DNA of 64,000 bases, from assembly GCA_036229005.1 (NCBI GenBank), contig JAZAMN010000049.1, positions 64,001 to 128,000 of the forward strand, written 5' to 3'. The notes under the pieces are model-generated. The model ran no database searches. It saw nothing but the letters and a program-made list of their open reading frames with translations, and was not told the origin of the DNA. Position numbers and translations under genes: made by a program. The stretch is from Myxococcota bacterium. Its GTDB lineage: Bacteria; Myxococcota_A; UBA796; CAJQPC01. This document shows, one piece after another, positions 57,346 to 64,000 of the stretch (within the stretch, counting starts at the first letter, position 1; each line of letters opens with the position of its first letter).

Positions 57346-57391
57346 CCACCGCTTTCAAAACTCCGACAATCTCCCCCCACTCAGGTGCGCC

Positions 57392-58519
57392 GTGTCAGGT
57401 CCGAAATCGAGCGAGGGCGAGTTCAGCCTCCAGATGGACGACGACCTCCTCAAGGAGGCGGTCGCCGCAGTCGACAAGCGCTTCGGCGGCGCGAAGCGCT
57501 CCAAGGTCGTGACCCTGGACGAGGAGGTCGGGACCGAGGAGATCATGGCCGAGATCGCGGCCACCTTCTCCGAGGCCGAGCAGTCCCTGAGCCGTCCAGC
57601 GACCGGTCCCCTCCCCCCCGTGGAGATGGCCGAGGACGAGCTCTCCGTGGAGCTGGACGAGGAGGGCCTGGACCTCTCCGTGGAGATCGACGCCTCCGCC
57701 CTGGAGGGCGCCAACGACTCCGTCACCCTGGAGGCCGAGGCGCTCCCCAGTGACACCGGCGACCTGGAGCGCCTTCTGGAGGCCGGCGAGGGCAGCCGGT
57801 CGGAGCTGGAGGCCGAGCTGGCCACCCTCCGCGACCAGGTCTCCCTCCAGCAGCAGCAGCTCGTGACCCTGAACGAGCAGCTCGTCGAGGTGCAGGCCGA
57901 GGCGGACAAGCACAAACTCCGCGCCCGCAAGCTCTCCGTGCTCCGGCGCCGTCAACAGGACGCCTACGACGCCATGTCCCTGCGCCTGGAGGACCAGCGG
58001 GTCCAGCTCCAGGAGTGGGAGGGCCTGCTCAGCGAGGGCCGGGCCGAGCTCGCCCGCATGGAGACGGAGCGGGAGCGGCTCAAGAACCGGCACCACAAGG
58101 AGCTGGCCGAGCGCACCCAGTACGGCCAGGACAAGCTCTTCCGGGAGCTGCTGCCGGTGCTGGACAACCTGGACCTGACCCTCCAGCACGCGGACACCAC
58201 CCCGCCCGAGAAGATGGTCGAGGGCGTCGAGATGGTGCTCCGGCACTTCCAGTCCACCCTGGACCGCATGGGCCTGACGCGGGTCGGCGCCGAGGGCGAG
58301 CGCTTCGATCCCACCCGGCACGAGGCCATCCGTTACACCGCGGATGCGGCCAGCGCCGGCACCATCATCGAGCTGCATCAGGCAGGCTACATGCTGCATG
58401 ACCGCCTGGTCAGGGCTGCGCGGGTGACCGTCAGCAGCGGACCGGAGGCCCTGGAGGCCCCCGTCCCAGCCGAAAATGAGGTAGAACAGCAGTCGGCTTC
58501 CGCTGGAAGCGAAGAGTAA
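57392..58519 (+). CDS. grpE: GrpE nucleotide exchange factor with a long N-terminal extension
   Basis: [15 protein letters not shown] and [17 protein letters not shown]. Directly upstream of dnaK. Start could instead be ATG 57434. Confidence 0.88.
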   Translation: MSGPKSSEGEFSLQMDDDLLKEAVAAVDKRFGGAKRSKVVTLDEEVGTEEIMAEIAATFSEAEQSLSRPATGPLPPVEMAEDELSVELDEEGLDLSVEIDASALEGANDSVTLEAEALPSDTGDLERLLEAGEGSRSELEAELATLRDQVSLQQQQLVTLNEQLVEVQAEADKHKLRARKLSVLRRRQQDAYDAMSLRLEDQRVQLQEWEGLLSEGRAELARMETERERLKNRHHKELAERTQYGQDKLFRELLPVLDNLDLTLQHADTTPPEKMVEGVEMVLRHFQSTLDRMGLTRVGAEGERFDPTRHEAIRYTADAASAGTIIELHQAGYMLHDRLVRAARVTVSSGPEALEAPVPAENEVEQQSASAGSEE

Positions 58520-58548
58520 GCCCACCGGGCCGCAGGAGCAGCACACAC

Positions 58549-60462
<1,914 letters not shown>

Positions 60463-60512
60463 GGCACCCTGCCGGCGAAATGGCCCGGTGCCATCGCGTG
60501 TATTAGGGGTGC

Positions 60513-61640
60513 ATGCCCCAGGAGCGACGATTGGCGCGCCTTGACTACTACAACGTGCTGGGCGTCAAGCGCAGCGCAAGCCAGGACGACATCAAGCGCG
60601 CCTTCCGTGCGCTCGCCCTCAAGTACCACCCGGACCGCAACCCGGAGGACGTCGAGGCCGAGCAGCGCTTTCGGGAGATCGCGGAGGCCTGGGAGGTCCT
60701 GGGGGATCCCGAGAAGCGGTCCATGTACGACCGGCTGGGCCCCTTCTACAAGCCCGATGGCAAGCCCCCCAGCCCCGACGAGCTCAAGGAGTTCGTCTCC
60801 GACACGATCGGCAGCCTGCTGGGCCGCAACCCCCGGAACATGCCCGGCGAGGACATCAAGATCAGCGTCCGGGTGACCCTGCCCGAGGTCGCCTCCGGCA
60901 CCGAGAAGGTGGTCGAGGTCGCCCGTCAGGTGCGCTGCGGTCGCTGTGACGGCTCCGGCGCCGCCGCGGACGGCGGCAAGAAGACCTGCGAGGCCTGTCA
61001 GGGCAGCGGCAAGGGCCAGGGCCGCTTCCTCAAGGGGCGCTGCACGCGCTGCAACGGCCAGGGCTACGTGGTCGTCAAGAAGTGCGGGACCTGCGACGGC
61101 GAGGGCCGCCACGGCAGCAGCGACCGCCTCAAGGTCAAGGTGCCCAAGGGCGTGGCCACCGGCCAGAAGCTCAAGCTGCGCGGCAAGGGCAACGACGGCC
61201 TGGGCGACGGCGTCCCCGGCGACCTGCTCGTGCTGGTCAATGTGGACGACCACCCCCTCTTCCGCCGCCGCGGCGAGGACCTGATCTGCGCGCTCCCCCT
61301 GAGCTACGACCAGGCGGTCCTGGGCTGCACGGTGGACGTCCCCACGCTGGACGGGCGCACCAAGATCCAGGTCCCCCCAGGCACCGCCCCCGGCAAGACC
61401 CTGCGCGTCTCGGGCCGAGGCCTCCCCGCCGCCAAGGGGCGCCGCGTGGGCGATCTGCACCTCAAGGTGGGGCTGGAGCTGCCCCAGGACCTGGACGCCG
61501 CCCAGACCGCCGCCCTCAAGGCCTTCGCCGACACCCTCCGCCCCGGCCAGCACCCCGAGCGCGCGCACTTCGAGCTGCGCGTGCTGGAGCACGCCTCCAC
61601 GCTGGAAGCCGCCCCCTCTTCGCCTCCCGACCCCACCTGA
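60513..61640 (+). CDS. dnaJ: DnaJ (J domain, zinc finger, C-terminal domain)
   Basis: KYHPDRN; four CxxCxGxG motifs; [13 protein letters not shown] and VPTLDG. Confidence 0.92.
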   Translation: MPQERRLARLDYYNVLGVKRSASQDDIKRAFRALALKYHPDRNPEDVEAEQRFREIAEAWEVLGDPEKRSMYDRLGPFYKPDGKPPSPDELKEFVSDTIGSLLGRNPRNMPGEDIKISVRVTLPEVASGTEKVVEVARQVRCGRCDGSGAAADGGKKTCEACQGSGKGQGRFLKGRCTRCNGQGYVVVKKCGTCDGEGRHGSSDRLKVKVPKGVATGQKLKLRGKGNDGLGDGVPGDLLVLVNVDDHPLFRRRGEDLICALPLSYDQAVLGCTVDVPTLDGRTKIQVPPGTAPGKTLRVSGRGLPAAKGRRVGDLHLKVGLELPQDLDAAQTAALKAFADTLRPGQHPERAHFELRVLEHASTLEAAPSSPPDPT

Positions 61641-61644
61641 CGCC

Positions 61645-63588
61645 ATGACCCGCCCTCTGCTCGCCCTCCTCCTGGCCCTCTCTCCCGCCCTCGCCGCCCC
61701 CGGCATCCTCAAGGGGAGCGATCCAGAGCTCAGCTCTCCCACCATCGTCACCAACGCCCGGGCTCTGGGCGCGCAAGACCGGATGGAGGCCATCGCCACC
61801 CTCGAGGACTACCTGGCGACCGGCAGCGACACCGCGCTGATGCCCCTGGTGGCCCTGGAGGCCGGAGAGCAGCGGCGCTTGCTGGGCGACACCGAGACCG
61901 CCGCCAACCACTTCCAGTCGGTGGCCCGCAAGTACCCGGAGTCCCCCGCCAAGGAGGCCGCGCTGCTGGGCATGGCCCTGGTGGCCTTCGACTCCGGCAA
62001 GGCCTCGGGGAACTCCCTGGCGACCCTGCGGATGGTCCCGGACAACCTGGCCACCGACACCATGAACGCCGACCGCTACCGCCTGCTGGCCCTCCAGGCC
62101 AAGAAGGAGGAGGCCCCCCAGAAGGAGGTCAAGGCGCTCGCCGAGCAGGCCGTGGAGTACGCCGACCAGAGCGGCGACGGCAGCGTGCAGCGCCGGGTGC
62201 AGACGGATCTCGGTGACCTCGTTCCGGCCGAGATCACAACCCAGGTCCCGGTGGAGCCGCTGTCCGACGCTGCAGACGAGGCTGCCCTGCTGGGCGCACA
62301 GTCCGCCCTCCGCTCCGGAGACCACGCCGCCGCGCGCGCTCAGGCGCAGGAGCTGCTCGCCACCTACCCCGACTCCGAGTACGTCCGGGCGGCCGAGTGG
62401 GTGGTGATGCGGGCCGACGCCGGCGACCCCTACTCCAGCCGCAAGGTGGGCGTCCTGCTCCCCCTCTCGGGCAAGTTCGCGCCCCCTGGCAAGCAGATCC
62501 GGGACACCCTGGAGCTGGCCTTCGAGGGAAGCGGCACCGAGCTGGTTTTCTACGACACCGTGGGCGAGCCCGACAAGGCCGTCCAGGGCTTCCAGGAGCT
62601 GGTCCTCAAGCAGGGCGTGGCCGCCGTGATCGGCCCGCTGCTGCAGTCCGAGGCCTTCCCCGTCGCCGCCGAGGCCCAGGCCGCGCAGGTCCCCCTGGTC
62701 ACCCTCTCCCAGGCCATCGACCTGAGCGAGACTGGCGAGTGGGTCTTCCAGACCGCGATGACCCCGGAGCACCAGATCGCCGGCCTGCTGGACGAGCTCA
62801 TGGGCAACCAGGGCCTCAGCAAGTTCGCCATCATGGCGCCGGAGACCCCCTACGGCCTGGCCGCCAAGGAGAGCTTCGTCGAGCAGGTCATGAAGCGGGG
62901 CGGCACCGTCACCGAGATCGTGACCTACGACCCCGCCGGCAAGGACTACCGGGCCGACGCCCGCGCGCTGGGCAAGAAGAACTACGAGGACCGCAAGAAC
63001 GAGCTCTACCGCCTGCGCAAGGCGGCCGAGGAGCGCGGAGAGGACCCCAGCAAGGTCGTGCTCCCGCCCGCGCAGGACTTCGACGCCATCTTCATCCCCG
63101 ACAGCCACGGCCGCGTGGCCATGCTCGCCTCCGCCCTGGCCTACGAGGAGTTCGCCATCGGCACCTTCTCCCCCGGCCGCGGCGCCACCCCCGTGCCCCT
63201 GGTGGGCCTGAACGGCTGGCACAACGAGTCGCTGGTCAAGGGCGGCGGCAAGTACATCGAGGACTGCGTGTTCGTGGACGCGTTCAACGCCGAGGACCCC
63301 GCCGTGGGCGCCTTCGTGCGCACCTACCAGAGCGAGTTCGGGCGCACGCCCTCGGTGGTCGACGCCACCGCCTGGGACACCGCCAAGCTCGTGGCCGTGG
63401 CCGTGGGCACCCAGGCCGCCGACCGCAAGGAGTTCCGCCTGGCCCTGGCCGGCGCGAGCCTGGGGACCCCGGCGTCCTCGGGGAGCAGCTTCGCCGCAGA
63501 TGGCAGCGTGGAGCGGGACTTCTACTACTTCACCATCAGCGAGGGGGAGATGCACTTGCTCGGTGACGATCCCGGCCCCGTCGAGTAG
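61645..63588 (+). CDS. LpoA-like penicillin-binding protein activator / type 1 periplasmic-binding fold with N-terminal TPRs
   Basis: Signal peptide, helical repeats, KVGVLLPLSG, VIGPL and DFDAIFIPD. Confidence 0.7.
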   Translation: MTRPLLALLLALSPALAAPGILKGSDPELSSPTIVTNARALGAQDRMEAIATLEDYLATGSDTALMPLVALEAGEQRRLLGDTETAANHFQSVARKYPESPAKEAALLGMALVAFDSGKASGNSLATLRMVPDNLATDTMNADRYRLLALQAKKEEAPQKEVKALAEQAVEYADQSGDGSVQRRVQTDLGDLVPAEITTQVPVEPLSDAADEAALLGAQSALRSGDHAAARAQAQELLATYPDSEYVRAAEWVVMRADAGDPYSSRKVGVLLPLSGKFAPPGKQIRDTLELAFEGSGTELVFYDTVGEPDKAVQGFQELVLKQGVAAVIGPLLQSEAFPVAAEAQAAQVPLVTLSQAIDLSETGEWVFQTAMTPEHQIAGLLDELMGNQGLSKFAIMAPETPYGLAAKESFVEQVMKRGGTVTEIVTYDPAGKDYRADARALGKKNYEDRKNELYRLRKAAEERGEDPSKVVLPPAQDFDAIFIPDSHGRVAMLASALAYEEFAIGTFSPGRGATPVPLVGLNGWHNESLVKGGGKYIEDCVFVDAFNAEDPAVGAFVRTYQSEFGRTPSVVDATAWDTAKLVAVAVGTQAADRKEFRLALAGASLGTPASSGSSFAADGSVERDFYYFTISEGEMHLLGDDPGPVE

Positions 63589-63609
63589 AGTGCAGAGCAG
63601 CCCCTGATC

Positions 63610-64000
63610 ATGCCCGACGACCCTGGCGAACAGTTCGTACTCCGCTCCCTGTTGAGCGCCGCTGGTCCCCGACCGGACGCGGCCTTGCGCGTGCCTCCTG
63701 GTGATGACTGCGCCGTCCTGGACGGCGGTCTGGTCCTCACCCAGGACAGCTTCGTGCAGGGCGTGCACTGGGACGAGCGCTTCTCCCCTGCCGACGTGGG
63801 CTTCCGCCTGGCGATGGCCAACCTCAGCGATCTCGCCGCGATGGGCGCCACCGGCCTGTGGGCCATGCTGGGCTGCTCGCTGCCCGCCCCCGTGGACCGC
63901 GACTGGGTGCGCGGCTTCTCCAGAGGACTGGCCCAAGGGCTGGGCGGCGTGCCCCTGGTGGGCGGCGACACCACCCGCAGCCCCGGCCCCGCGATGCTCA
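63610..64000 (+). CDS. thiL: Thiamine-monophosphate kinase, 3'-truncated by window edge (absent from the ORF track)
   Basis: Manual translation gives MPDDPGEQF...GDDCAVL...DSFVQGVHW...ANLSDLAAMGA...LVGGDTT. Confidence 0.92.
   Translation, partial: MPDDPGEQFVLRSLLSAAGPRPDAALRVPPGDDCAVLDGGLVLTQDSFVQGVHWDERFSPADVGFRLAMANLSDLAAMGATGLWAMLGCSLPAPVDRDWVRGFSRGLAQGLGGVPLVGGDTTRSPGPAML

Noticed and set aside
60463..60492. GGCACC...GGTGCC hairpin between dnaK and dnaJ as a terminator
   Set aside because: Short stem with a large imperfect interior and no U-tract.

Overview
High-GC (roughly 70% by eye) bacterial chromosomal DNA, densely coding. Gene content points to a Myxococcota/deltaproteobacterial organism (inference). 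In order: partial MBL-fold hydrolase; giant OmpA-family protein; FGE-fold protein; membrane protein; EcsC-like protein; redoxin-rhodanese fusion coupled to tolQRAB-ppx; Cys/Asp-repeat surface lipoprotein; tRNA-Gly(CCC). Next is a type IVa pilus locus on the minus strand (sigma54 regulator, TPR lipoprotein, fimU-pilV-pilW-pilX-pilY1, then pilMNOPQ-aroK-aroB-lipoprotein-aroQ-accB-accC-SgmX-like TPR), interrupted by a degenerate spermidine-synthase/TPR membrane protein. Then two Cys-motif GT4 glycosyltransferases around a YbjN-like gene; bactofilin-like, HEAT and PilZ genes; a CglB-like/GltA-B-like/GltC-like gliding outer-membrane operon; a four-gene heme/DUF1501 module; START and M16 peptidase genes; and hemW-grpE-dnaK-dnaJ-LpoA-like-thiL (partial). 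I found no CRISPR array, integrase, transposase or rRNA. Best candidates for undescribed biology: the compact adhesin-plus-platform gliding operon, the heme/DUF1501 module, a recurrent leaderless-promoter signature (-10 hexamer exactly 6 nt before the start codon), and ultra-short uncharged lipoprotein signal peptides. All family calls come from motif recognition; no database search was run.
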